Origin: Daphnia carinata
Taxonomy: Eukaryota
Assembly (NCBI RefSeq): GCF_022539665.2
Contig: NC_081333.1
Coordinates: 12,772,001-12,836,000 of the forward strand
Length of the DNA: 64,000 bases
Direction of reading: 5' to 3'
In this document: positions 51,063 through 64,000 of the stretch, piece by piece
How positions within the stretch are numbered: position 1 is the first letter of the stretch
How the letters are laid out: every line of letters starts with the position of its first letter
The notes under the pieces: generated by a model
What the model saw: only the letters and a program-made list of their open reading frames with translations
The model's database searches: none
What the model was told of the DNA's origin: nothing
Translations under genes and position numbers: made by a program

Positions 51063-51245
51063 CTCAGTAGTCGGTCGTCAGCGGTTGCTGCTAGTGGACG
51101 CGCTGTTCCACATTCGTGTTTTCTCTTTCACGTTTTTTTTTTGTCGTCGTCACTTTCTTTCTAATTGTTTTCTCACGTCTCTTTCTGAGTTTGTTTTCTT
51201 TTTTTTCTGACTCACCAACAAGCGTTCACCCATCACGAGCTACAG
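51063..51245 (+). other. Probable non-coding first exon of aminopeptidase copy 2
   Basis: Inr-like CTCAGT at ~51063, strong donor CAG|GTATGT at 51245, acceptor near 52440 before ATG 52533. Confidence 0.5.
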
Positions 51246-52532
51246 GTATGTTGACTTTGTCAGTAACGTGGGTCGTTTCTATTTTGAATCATATGGGTCA
51301 CATGGAACTATAAAAACGTAACGTACTTGCCAGTTGTGTTTGTTCTTTTCACGTGGCATTTTCTGGAAGGAATGTTCAAGTGGGAGCTAATGAAAATGGG
51401 GCCTCTTTTCGATGCGTTTTGAAATAAAAAGTGTTCGGAAGAGTAGTTCCACTTAGCATGTGATTCGTTGATGTCTCGCTAGCCGGGTTTGTTTCAATCT
51501 CTTGAAAAAGAAAGAAATGTGTTGCAATGTTTTGAGTTGAGCGATTGGGACCTATTTTGAGAGATGGGAGTTTGTGATGAATGGGTTTGTTTATTTGTAC
51601 GATCTGCTGCACTCGTTGCGTATCCTTGTCTTTCAACTTCTTTTATCATCAAGGAAAAAAAAACAAACAATTTCTTCTCCTCCCTTATTGCGGCTGACGC
51701 CATCACGTCAAAGTATGTCTAGCCACACTGTTGGCCTCTACGTAAATTAGAGAATACGCATAACGTGTACAATATCTGTAGTGGAGAATGCAGAGGTAAA
51801 CACTGTCGCACAGGCACTCGAGTGGCCACATCATGTAGGCAAAGAACGTAGTGGATATCGGCTCAAATTCAAGTGGTCCAACCCTAATATATTCTCGACA
51901 TAGAAATAGGCATTTAAAGGAATGCTTCTTCAACTTTAAGAGCCGACAGTGGTATACGTTTTCTCCGTCCCACTGCGCAGATGCAACACAAGTTTCTCCC
52001 ACTTGCTTTAAGAGCCACCCATGTCGCAGACGTAATCCGATCTATCACTGCTAGCAGCCAAAAATTCAATTAAACAGTCAAAGTTGCACACACATTTCAT
52101 TGTCGATTGGAACCTGTTTCATGTTGGCCGCTTTTTCCAACAATACGAACCATACACAGATTGGAAATTCCAACTGATTTGGAAGTCGCCCAGTTGCGCA
52201 TTTCATCATCTAAAAAAAAAAAAAGAAATTCCATTACACAATGGGTTTGTACGTGAGTTTTGAAAATGTTGTTTCCAATTCACCGAGCGCATCGTGCTTC
52301 TCGACGCACATTTTGAAAAGTTTGGAACAATGGAGAAATGCTAACATATCACGTTACATACAAAGGGTGGGGAGACCTGTTATTCTATCCATGTCTGTGC
52401 TGCTATCTAACATCATTCTTTGCTTGTGTACTGTCAATAGAGTTATAGACGAAGAAGCTGAACGACTGCATCATTCAATCACTGGCAGAGAAAAAAGAAA
52501 AAAGCGAAAGAAAAAAAAACAAACAATCAACG

Positions 52533-55500
52533 ATGAAAACGACGAATGGCGGTTACGTGGTGTCCAAATGCAGGGCGTTGCTCTTGTTGATCGCTTTTAT
52601 TGGTTCGCTTATTGCCGTCGGTTTGCTGGTCTACTTCCTGGCCGACCGACCTGCGGCCGGCAGCGTTACGAATGGAGTATCAACTGCCTCTCCTTCTACC
52701 TCCAGCAAAGCCGAAGTGATTAGCAATAAGAATGTCCGTCTGCCTCGGGCTGTTTTACCTATCCGTTACGATGTCCGACTCTTCCCCATCCTGGAGAAAG
52801 GCAATTTCTCCATTTTGGGTCACGTGTCCATCGATGTCCATTGCAAAATGGAAACGGACCGCATCGTTTTGCACAGCGCCGACATCGTCGTCGATCCCAA
52901 ATCCGTCAAGGTACAAGAAATCTCGTATGACAGTAGCAAAACGTTTAGACCATTTGTTTTGCAGGTAATGGAACACGGCAAAACAATGAAATCGTTGATG
53001 GTTGCTAGCGACGGCATCCATTACGACACTGAAATGGAGTTTCTCGTCATTCGTCTTTGTCCTAAACACAAGGACAAGCTGGTCAAAGGAGCCAACTACA
53101 CGCTGTCGATGAATTTTGTCGGTAACCTCACCGATCAGCTGCGGGGCTTGTACCGTTCCACTTACAAAGAAGACGGCGTTGAAAAGTATACAGTCCCTAG
53201 CCATTTCCATGCAATCAATTCTTCCATTTCCTTTCGGAGAGAAAGCGTTTATGGATTCGTCTATTTGACAGGTACATGGCCGTCTCTCAAATGGAACCGA
53301 CGGATGCCCGACGAGCTTTCCCCTGTTTCGATGAGCCCAATATGAAGGCAATTTTCTCCGTCACTCTCGGCCGCCATCGTGACATGACGGCCCTTTCCAA
53401 TATGCCATTGATCAACACGACTCAAATGCAAGTCATTCTGTCACGTCTATTCACATTTGCGCATCCGTTTGCCGAGCAGACGTCAATTTTCGTATGTTTT
53501 GCTTCTAATAGGGAAGGCATGGATGAATTTTATTGGGACCATTTCGCCCCTTCCGTTCCCATGTCCACTTACCTGGTGGCTTTCATCGTTGCCAATTTCA
53601 CGCAAGTCCCAGCCGACGTTGGCAACGCTAATTGGAAGTTCAACATTTATGCACGTCCTTCGGCTCGCAATCAAGCTCAGTCAGTTTTTTCAGTTTATAT
53701 CGCACTTCAAAATGACATCATTTGCATTTGCTATCCAAGGTATGCCAGTGAAATTGGGCCAAAGATCCAAGCGTTCTTCGAGGATTATTTCCAAATTCCA
53801 TTCCCGTTGCCTAAGCAGGACATGATTGCCATTCCCGATTTTTCTGCAGGTCTTTTTTCTCATTCGTGTCGCCCTTTTTTTTTCTCTATAAAAACTTTTA
53901 TTCGTTTTATTATAGGCGCTATGGAAAACTGGGGTTTGATTACCTACAGGTATAAAAGACATCAAAAAACGATTACAATTTCAAATTGTTCATTGCCGTT
54001 TTTATAACGTAGAGAAACTGCATTGCTCTACGATGAGAAGAAATCGTCTGTTGGCAACAAGGAGCGAGTATGCGAGGTTATAGCGCACGAGTTAGCTCAT
54101 CAATGGTTCGGCAACCTCGTTACCATGGACTGGTAAAAAATAGTATGGGAATTGAATTAGCTATAGAATTTACTAATTTTAAGGATGTTAAAAGGTGGAG
54201 CGATTTATGGTTGAACGAAGGTTTTGCCAGTTACGCTGAATACCTGGGATCCGAGCACGTAGAACCTGGTCTCAAATGGCTCCAACAGTTTGTGACGAGG
54301 GATCTCCAGGATGTGATGAGCTTGGACGCACTCGAATCTAGCCATCCGATTAGCGTCGTCGTTCACCATCCCAATGAAATTAACGAAATTTTTGATCGAA
54401 TCTCTTACGGTAAAGGTGCAACGATTATCCGCATGTTGGCCGCTTTCCTCGGCGAGAAAACCTTCAGGCAAGGACTCAGCAATTACCTGAAATCCCGGTA
54501 AGTCGAAATTCATTTTAAACATTGACAAAGCAACGCATCAATGACTTACACCTTCGTCCAGTCAATACGGGAACGCCGTTCAAGATGATCTTTGGGATGC
54601 TCTAACAAAACAGGCCAAAGTTAACAAGGTCCCCATACCCACCGGAGTCAAAGAAATCATGGACACATGGACCTTGAAAATGGGTAAGTTAATTTGAATT
54701 TTGCGCTAAAAGTCAGTTCATAACCTTTAATTTTATTGCAGGTTTCCCGGTCGTTACAGTGACCCGGGAATATGATAACAACACCGTTCTAATTAACCAG
54801 GTAAATCGATTAAAATTTTTCACTTTATGATTACGTAATCAAAACATCGCTCTACGTATAGGAACGCTTCTTGATGCAACGATCCAATGCCAGTATCCAG
54901 GACAAGACCGTTTACCTTTGGTGGGTCCCTCTTACGTACACGGCCGACTTCCAGACTATCGGATCCACCTGGTTATCTGACGGTCAGACTAGCAAAAAGC
55001 ATGAACTAAGCATCCCTATCGATAAAAGCCAATGGCTCATCTTTAATGTTGATCAAATGGGTACGACTCGGACTTTTCGTACCATCTGAATCTACTTGTT
55101 ACATAATGGCCGCTCTTTTCAGGATATTATCGCATCAATTACGATGCACGTAACTGGCAATTGATTGGCCAACAGTTGATGACGAATCATTCTGCCATTT
55201 CCGTAATTAATCGAGCTCAAATCTTGGACGATGCTTTCAATTTGGCCGAAGCTGGCCAATTGGACTACATGACCACTTTGAATCTAACTCGCTATCTGGA
55301 ACACGAAAGTGATTACGTTCCTTGGGATGCTGCCCTCTCTGGCATGGGTTCCATCTCGTCTATGATGTCTCGCACTTCGGGTTACGGCCTGTTGAAAAAA
55401 CATTTCCGAACAATCATCACACCGTTGTACAACAAGTTGGGATTCGATCAGAAGATAGACGAGGATATTCTCATGACCAAGCTGCGTGCCAGTGTCGTCA

Positions 55501-56382
55501 CTTGGGCGTGTTCCATGGGTAACAAGGACTGCATTAGTCGGGTCGTCAACTCCTACGCCCAATGGATGGCTGATCCCGAGAACGTTGAGTAAGCAAAGAC
55601 CAAAACAAAAGCTTCAGATGCGTTTAGTTACTAACATTCTCTTACGATCGTTTACAGCATCATTTCGCCTAACCTTAAAGGACCTGTCACATGCGCGGCC
55701 ATCCGCGAAGGAGATGAAGCCGAATGGGAATTTGCCCTGAATCGTTACATGTCAAGTAATGTGGCCAGCGAACAAGCTGTTCTTCTTGCTTCCATGTCCT
55801 GCTCTGAAAAGCCTTGGATTTTGGCTAAGTACAACTTAAAAGAATTATATTTTAAATGTCAATTGATACGACACTTGTCGTTAGGATGTTGGAAATGAGT
55901 CTCAACTCAACATCTGGAATTCGTAAACAAGACGCAGCTCGAGTTATTAGCCAAGTAGCTTACAATTCACTTGGTCGCTACATGGCTTTCAATTTCATCA
56001 GGGACAAGTGGGACGAATTACGTAAAGTGTACGTGATTGCAGATTAGGTTGTCTATCCGATTGATGTTATTCATCATTTTCTTTTTAATGCAGATTCCCT
56101 ACAGGTTTCAGCTCAATGTCGGGCATCATTAAAGCGGTAGCAGCGTCGTTCAACACCGATCTGGAATTGAAGGAGGTAACAATTAGCGTCAGAAAAATTA
56201 GAATTACCGTTCTAACTTAACGTTTGATGGTGCAGCTGATGCAGTTTAGAGATGAACGAAGTGCAAGTCTCGGTGGAACGGAACGAGCCATGCAACAGTC
56301 GATTGACCGGGCCAAGAACAATCTCAATTGGATGAGACAAAACTATGAAAAAGTGGTGGATTGGCTCCAGCGCGTCTACTAA
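52533..56382 (+). CDS. M1 family aminopeptidase N-like, type II membrane (copy 2)
   Basis: [20 protein letters not shown] anchor; [57 protein letters not shown] at 56380-56382. Confidence 0.94.
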
Positions 56383-56781
56383 ATTGGCAAATGCCAAATC
56401 CTGATACCTTTTCTTAATTTTGTTTGGCCTTTCTTTATTATTTTCATATTTACTTGTATCCAGACAATCAAATCATTGCCGATTTTTCAGAGGAAACGGC
56501 TAAGGAAATCAGGAATTCCCTTTTGCGTTTTGATGCTGTATGGTCTAGCAGTTATAAACAAGTTCTATTATTAATGATCGATGATTGATAAATCAGTAAG
56601 GGTTTTCATCGAAGGCACGGGTGCCAATATTATATGTACAAGTCGATGGATGACAGTAAACAGTTTTCGTTGTATCCGTTTTTTTCATTTACAAATCTTT
56701 TATTTTCTCCCTTAATAACATTTTTCGTGATTTGATACACGAACAGAATAGTTTGATGAAATCAATCACGGGAAACGTAAT

Positions 56782-59700
56782 TCAGTGCATGATAAACATC
56801 CCTAAGAAAGGAAGGACCAGAATAAGGATGGCGCTCGTTTGATAAACGCTCTTGCTGCCGGCAGGAACAGTAGATGGATTGGTAGTGGTAGTTGTCGTGG
56901 CAGGAGTGGTAGTGGTGGTTGTAGTGGTAGGAACGGACATACTCAACCAGTTGCCAATTTCTTCCTGGTGTAATTCCATCCACCTGATGTTCTCCACGAC
57001 AACGTCAATGCCTTGCTGGACGTTGTTGGAAGTTCCAAGGATGTCAAAGTGATCAGTACGCAGCTGCAACAACTGCATGATTAAATAATGAATAAGATAT
57101 TAAGTTGAAATTCGTGAGGAAAATAGAATATGAAAATGCCACGAACCCTATCCAATTGCGCCTGCGTGTTTTGACGATTGCAAACGTAGCGGAAGAAACT
57201 AATGAAATAATCGGTTCCCAACCTTGATTGAAATAAGAATTGAAATTTAAACTTTAATGATGATTTCACTTTATGTTATTATATGCAACAAACCAGGATT
57301 GTTCAATGTCGGTCCAGCGATTAACAAGGAAATCGGTAGCTACTGGATTGCCCACTGGATTAGAGGCTACGTTGTTAAACAAAGTGTTGACGTCACTAAG
57401 TCGGATACCTGACTGGCTATCGATCATCCTCTCTAACAAACTGTCCCACAACATCGTTTCAAAATAACAATTATTACGCCAAAAGTTTGGTTTCTATGAC
57501 GTACGTGTTCAGACGAGTTGTGTCCCTGCTCTTAGTTGCCGCAATGAGGTAAGACGTGTCGTATTTGCTCTTGTACTGATTAAAAGCAAAGTCCCATTCA
57601 GCCTGGTCACCATTTTCCACACCTGTCCTTAAAATGATGCTCTTCTGATTCGGTGACATAATCCTTTAATGAAACAAATACCAATAGATTAATGAACGAA
57701 ATTGGAAGGCAAATTATGTTATACGTCGTGTTGTCTGGGCTGGCCATTTGTTGTGCGTATTTCGCTTTGGAATTATCGACACAATCGGCTACCATCAATT
57801 TGCAAGCCCAGTTCATAGCGTCGCTCCTGCCGAAAACAGTCAAATGGGCATCGAGAGTTGACTCTCGGAAGCCGTGATGGTTGTAATAAGGAGTCACCAA
57901 GTTGGTCAAGTGAACCTGCCACAGGGTTTCATGATGAACATTCGAATTGTAAAAAGACTTTTGAAAATGATTTGAGTATTACGGTCCATTGTGAGAATTG
58001 CGGTTGATTGTAGAGCATCGAATCAATGTAGTTGAACTCGGCCAGGACTGCGTTCCATGGAACATATTCTTTCTCGTATTTCAGATAGAGAGAGAGGTCC
58101 AGAGCAGATTTGTATGGAACCAAATGGACCGATGCTAGAACAAAAGTGTCGTCCAGTACTTGGGCGCGGTTGTTATCCAAAATTCGGGTGTGGTCGACCA
58201 TGAGCTGTTCAGCAATTAGACGATAGTTTTCCGTGTCATATGCATTACACGGTATAAATCTATATGCGATGAATACAGAAATTAAAAGATTTGAAGCTTA
58301 TTGCACTATCATGGGGATGCACTGACTTTGTTGGTCGTAATTAAAGATGACCCATTTATCTGTAGCGCCCAAATTGCTGATGGTTCTAGTGGCTTGATCT
58401 TTGGAGAGCCATTGGGTTTGGCGAACCAAACTGCCACCGTTGGTATAAGTCAAAGGTACCCACCAGCGGTAGACGTGCGTATCAGTCGAACTGGGATCCT
58501 TGCGCAACAAGAACCGCTCCTGCAAGACGGATGTCTACTACGTGCAATGATATCATGGAATGTAAATCGTACCTGTGATACTACTGCGCCACCGGTGTTA
58601 TAATCCCTAGTTACGCTAATGAGTGGGAAACCCATTTGCAAGGTCCATGTATCCATAATTTCCTTGACGGGGGCAGGAAGGCTAACTCCCTCTTCGTCGC
58701 TTTGTTGTTGCAAAGCCAGCCAAAGGTCATCCTCAACGGCGTTTTTGTAAGCTCTGTCGACATTATTTGAAAATATAACGCAATGCAACACAATCGAGAT
58801 TGATCGTTTATTACCTGGCGTTAAGGTAGCGAGTGAGACCACGCGTGAATGTCTCCAAGCCAATGAAATCGGCAGTCATACGGATGATGCACGATCCTTA
58901 AATCAGGAGGGAATGTAAAATGGCCTTTGAATAGATGAGAAAATGATTAATCAAGATACCTTTATCGTAGGAAATGGCGTCAAACATGTTATTGATCTCC
59001 TCGTTGGTAGTCACTGGCAGATTGATGGGTCGTGATGTTTCCAGAGCATCGACACCGAAAACATAGTGCAATTCGATGACGACAAATTGATCGGTAAACC
59101 GGAAATCGGGTTCCACCTATGCGAATGATTGCAAAATATATTTTAATTCAATTTGAACTGAATGTTGGGAAGCGCATTTCAATTCTATACCGCATCCATG
59201 CTTGGAAATTCAAGGTAAGTAGCAAATCCTTCATTAAGCCATATCGTGTTCCACCTACCCAAAGTAAAACGTTATTTAATATGATATTTTATGATTACGT
59301 AAATAGCAAAAGGTTTACCAATCAGTAGTGACGAGGTTGCCGAACCATTGATGGGCTAACTCGTGCGCGTTGATATCGGCCACGCTCTGCCTGCGACCTC
59401 TGCTCTCACGAGGTACATCGATCAACAAAGCGCTCTCCCTAAGCCAAGATTGTAGTTAAACTTTAATCAGCAACCGATGAAATGGTTGAAAAAAATATAA
59501 GTTGGTAACTCACCTGTAGGTAACTAATCCCCAGTTTTCCATAGCTCCTGTCATAAGGTAAACGAAGCAAACAAAAAACAGGATAAGCATAGGCTGATAA
59601 CACTTGTTTATACACACTTTTTTTACGTAAGTCACTAAAATAATGATAAATGAAAATGACCTGCGGCAAAATCTGGAATCGCCTGCAAAGTATAAGCAAA

Positions 59701-61057
59701 ATTGACGTATTAACAAATCGTGAAACCAACTAGTCAGTTATTGACGGTATATACCGCTAAATCCTGTTTGGGCAGTGGGTAGTCAATCTTGAAATAGCGT
59801 TCGAAAAATTCTTGCAATTCCGGCCCGACGCTCAGGCTGTACCTAAACGTTCAAATAAAGATTTTTGATCGGTGTTTTATTGATGGAATTATGCGATACC
59901 TACCCAGCGAGATGAGCAGATTGAGGTTTTACCCAGAGACGGAAGGGTATCCTGTGAGCCGATGTGGTTGGAACGGCCTCAAATTCTGACACTAAGAATG
60001 CCACCAAGTAGGATGACATGGTCACTGACGTCGCGTAATAATCCCAAACGTATCCGGGCATTCCATCGCTGTATAATCCAAAGCAAATAAATTTTTAGAT
60101 CTCCAAAAAAAAAATTGCTGGAATTAACAAACATGGCGTTAGTGGACAGGAGGTTCATGTTGCTGGCTGTTTTCATCGTTGTTTTGCGGCCGAGGGTAAT
60201 TGAAAATTGTGCCTTCATATTGGGTTCGTCGAAGCAAGGGAAAGCTCGACGGGCGTCTGGAGCTTCCATTTGAGTTACGGCCAACCACCTGCGTGACAAA
60301 TTGATCAATTATAACATGACGTAAACTGATTCCCAATTTGCCGGTGACGTACTTCTTGACACCGTTCTCCATGTAAGAAGAGCGATAAAAGCCGCGCAGT
60401 TCGTCGTTCAAAATCGAAGTGAAATCCATTGAGATCTTGTAGTGATTGCCAGCGGTTAATGTCGCTGCCGTTTTGATAGTGACGATCTCACGGGTAATTT
60501 GCTCGTCAACGAAATTCGTAATTGCCAAAGGACTGTTGGTGGTGAGGTCGAGCACCTGAAATTGTTGGAGAAATTTAAATAGCAGCAAAGCGAGTTGTAA
60601 AATATCTTGTTTACCGTAACAGATAACAGCTTGAAAGTGATTTCAGCGGCGTTCATCGAGATGCTATTCGTATCCCGGATACAGTCAACGAAAATGTCAA
60701 TGTGACCGTCCGTTGTAAAATTGCCTTCCTCGACAAAGGGCAACAAGCGGATAGAATAGATACTGGGCAAGACGTCACCGGGAAGACGCAAATCTTCGTT
60801 CACTTTATTGAACCTCATCTTTCGCATCAAACTGCTCTTTGCTTTCGCAGAATGGAGGTGAGCTTTACGCGATGGGTATACCACCAGCGGCTACCATCTT
60901 TTGGCTCTGGCACGATAGCTGGTTCCATCAGAGAAAGTCCATCTTCCGATAATTCTAACGTTGATGGATACTCGTCGGCTTGCCATTTCGGAACTGAAGA
61001 TGTTCTGGCCTGGAATGAACAGGCCAAAACTAAAGTGAACATTAACGCTTGTCGCAT
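56782..61057 (-). pseudogene. GPI-anchored-type aminopeptidase N (copy 3) with apparent frameshift (pseudogene, null allele or assembly error)
   Basis: Signal peptide MRQALMFTLVLACS, GAMEN and HELAH..WLNEG intact, Thr-rich stalk plus hydrophobic C-terminus. Frame break in the YRV-AYD motif at ~58245 and a frame discontinuity at ~60845-60895. Confidence 0.65.
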
Positions 61058-62113
61058 TTCGGGTCCAGGAGACTGCAAGAGAGGACAAAAATACCCAACG
61101 GACAACCTTCAACTGTACGCCAGTTGAACTGAGGTAGTTGGATGACTTTCATTTCAATTCTATTTGATATTGTCACAGCTCTGTTATAGTTTATCTCATC
61201 AAAATTCAACGATAAGAGATGCTGCTGATCCAAGACAAATACAAGTTCTTTTATGACGAGGATATCAGGTGCTTAAGCCTCTTTCTAAACCTACCTGTCA
61301 GATAGGTACAATTTTGTGTTTCAGAAAACTGTTGACTGCCTGAAAATGAAATTTCGGTACGTTTGGGAATTCATAGTCCAAAGAAACTCAGCCATTTTCA
61401 AGTTAGAACGAGATAGAGTAATCGAGTCTCCATTATTTTTCAAATTATTCGACGTAACGCTGAGAGCTTACCGAGATAAGAATGAAACTTTATAAGCCGT
61501 ACCTGAAACGATTTTCAAAATTGGATGACACTTCTTTGCAAGCCGTCTGTTGCGAGAACATATGGTCATAGATAACTCAGCCAGCATTTATATTTGTCAA
61601 GTTGTTCGCGATCCATTTTGACGTGTACTGTTTTGATCTTTAGTGAAATTCTAATGACGTGTACAGCTTGATTTCCCCGGACTGGTATACATAACATGAA
61701 ATTATGCAAGCGCAAACGTAATTTTTTTTTACCAAAGAAAAATACAAATAGTGCTTGGGGAATTGTACAGGAAAGCCTGGCGGAAGATGGAAACATGCTT
61801 AATGCCGTCCTCTTTCTATGGTTTCATTTGAATTAGTATATATCGCGTGTTTACTGGGATAGCTAAAAGCGATCTATTGTCTTTGGCGCATTGCAGCGTG
61901 AATAAAAAGACTACGCATATATTATTATAATTCAGCGTACTGGGTGAACCTTAATTGGCTTTTAATAATCTACATTTAATCCTGACCGTATACAAAGAGA
62001 CAAAATTTACATAGCTCCGTAGGAATATCCACCTTCAGCAACACACTGCTTTAACACCATACTCCCTTAACCGAACTTTTGGCATTTGAACAGCTCTTGC
62101 TAAACGCACCAAG

Positions 62114-62745
62114 ATGCTAAATAAGTTTGGTGGCAAACTGACCACAAGGTTTTTAGTTCGCTACCTGATTGCATTTAGCGTCATGTCGTTCTTTTCCATT
62201 TTCACTTATCATTCGCACCGTACCAACATACTAGTAGATTTATTGATAAAAAGTGTTATTGACGGTGCTCGTTCTACAAATCTAGAGTATGTTTAAACCT
62301 AAATTTATCTTTATTCTTTATTATGGTGATATTTTTGCAATACGAAGGTCATTCTTGGTGCGTGAATTACGTAATATTACGACTGCGCTGTTTAAATTAG
62401 TGTATTTCACTCTGCCTCTTCAATGACGTTTTCTCAGCTTACGTAAATTCAACTTGAAGACATTTCTCTGATAGATGCCGTCCAACTGACAAGATTGCCT
62501 TTATGAAAATCCACAAATGTGCCAGCTCTACCGTCGAAAACATCTTATTCAGGTAAATTACGACCTATAAATAGCTGACATGTAACTGATTCTAAATTTT
62601 AATCCCCGTATAATGCTTTTAGGCATGCTCTGAGGGATAAACTAAATTTAGCCCTTCCATCTCGTAGTAACTATTTTTCTCGAGTGGAGCTGTTCCATCG
62701 GGATTCCGTGTTAACTACAAATGGGGCCATCTGCCAGTTAACGTA
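62114..62745 (+). pseudogene. Truncated galactose-3-O-sulfotransferase-like duplicate
   Basis: Same first three exons as the 63445 copy (TM segment; FMKIHKCASSTVENILFR|HALRDKLNLALP). Homology stops at ~62745 and no downstream exons occur before the next copy. Confidence 0.75.
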
Positions 62746-63444
62746 TAATAAAATAAGTGTTCATGTTTTATTTTAGCATAGCAACGCTTCTCATTTGAAT
62801 GTGTATCACCTTGACTACTATACTAAGCATAGTTGTGCTATACGACAACATTTAATCAACTGACGGATGCACAGTCGTGAACTTAACGTAGTTGGCCTTG
62901 AAATTATTTACGTGAGCTTGGTCGGCTTTCCCATTTACGTTTCGTGACAATACAAAAAATTAATAAAAACAAATCTTTGGCTAGTTGATACTATTGTAGC
63001 TTCGATCCGGTTTTTAAAGATGGGCTTAGTTACGGAAGAGGCCTTGGCAGCTTGTCAAACAGGTTAGAGTGGTACTTTCCCAAAAACGTAAGGTGACTCA
63101 AAACTTGCCTAGGCCTGTTTCGAAATGAAAAATTTCTACCATCAAAACTAGACGTTGCCCTCTTCGGTCACCTATAGAAATAACTAGATCGCATTTTTGA
63201 ATTTTTAGTTACTCGCCCTGTCCTTCCTCTCCACCCTGCGGGTCATGCAAGCATTTTATTTCCATACGCTTGTCCTTTGTTAAGAATTAAATCAGTCTTC
63301 TAAACATAGCCAGTCGTTTCGGGTGCAAGCGAAGGAATTGAGCGATTATTTGATCGTATGGTCAACAGTGACGCGTCATTTTCACGAGGCTCAATTGAAT
63401 TTTTACTTCGAAAAGATTCAAAAATGTTTGTCAAGCGTACGAAG

Positions 63445-64000
63445 ATGTTGAATAAGTTTGGTGGTCAACTGACGGGAAGGTTTTTAGTTCGCTACTTGGT
63501 TGTATTTAGTGTCACATCGTTCGTTTTCGTTTTCACTTATCATTCGTACCGTAACAGCATATTAGAAGATTTGCTGGTAAAAAATCTTATTGACGGTGCT
63601 CGTTCGACGGATCTAGAGTATGTACAAGCCCAGTTTTATTTTACCTATTTATTATTTCTAGTGATATTTTTCGGAATACCAATTTCATTTTTGTTAAGTG
63701 AAAGGCGTGAATCCCAGTTCACGGAAATTCAACTTAAAAACATTTCTCTAATAGATGCCGTCCAACTGACAAGATTGCCTTTATGAAAACTCACAAATGC
63801 GCCAGCTCTACCATTGAAAACGTCTTATTTAGGTAAATTACGACTTCAATAACTGAACTGTCTTTAAACGGATGTTGAACTTTAAATTCATGTAATACTT
63901 TCAGACACGCCTTGAGGGACAAACTAAATTTAGCTCTTCCATCTGGAGGTAACTATTTATCCCGAGTCGAGCTGTTCCATCGCAATTCCGTGTTAAATAC
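63445..64000 (+). CDS. Galactose-3-O-sulfotransferase-like (GAL3ST family), 5' part, runs off window
   Basis: Type II TM segment, then ECRPTDKIAFMKTHKCASSTIENVLFR|HALRDKLNLALPSGGNYL; KTHKxASST is the GAL3ST 5'-PAPS-binding motif. Confidence 0.85.

Noticed and set aside
52755..55562. Long antisense ORFs over aminopeptidase exons (also over RFX7, ANAPC5 and eIF4G)
   Set aside because: Shadow ORFs of real coding exons with no independent protein signal.
1..64000. CRISPR arrays, tRNA/rRNA genes, transposase or reverse-transcriptase ORFs
   Set aside because: None seen; the only rRNA-matching segments are the short snoRNA guides.

Overview
Gene-dense eukaryotic window. The AT-rich sequence, ~55-85 nt introns and arthropod-type proteins suggest a Daphnia-like crustacean (inference). 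Manual splicing gives, in order: VTA1 (partial), TMEM107, PSMF1/PI31, eIF4G (~10 kb, hosting two box C/D snoRNAs and one probable H/ACA snoRNA), GLT8D-like glycosyltransferase, an AT-hook/acidic protein, a small 6-Cys secreted precursor, SLC25A33/36, SLC25A11, NCAPG, ANAPC5, an RFX5/7-class factor, two stand-alone nucleoplasmin-like genes, three M1 aminopeptidases (one frameshifted) and two galactose-3-O-sulfotransferase-like copies. The most notable observation is a 78-aa ORF with a WRNPLPNID-type (AF1q/C9orf40-like) motif whose stop lies 1 nt before the NCAPG ATG (TAA-A-ATG), suggesting a bicistronic mitotic transcript behind an inverted-repeat, E2F-site-bearing promoter shared with ANAPC5. 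Family calls come from recalled motifs, not database searches. Multi-exon CDS coordinates are start-to-stop spans.
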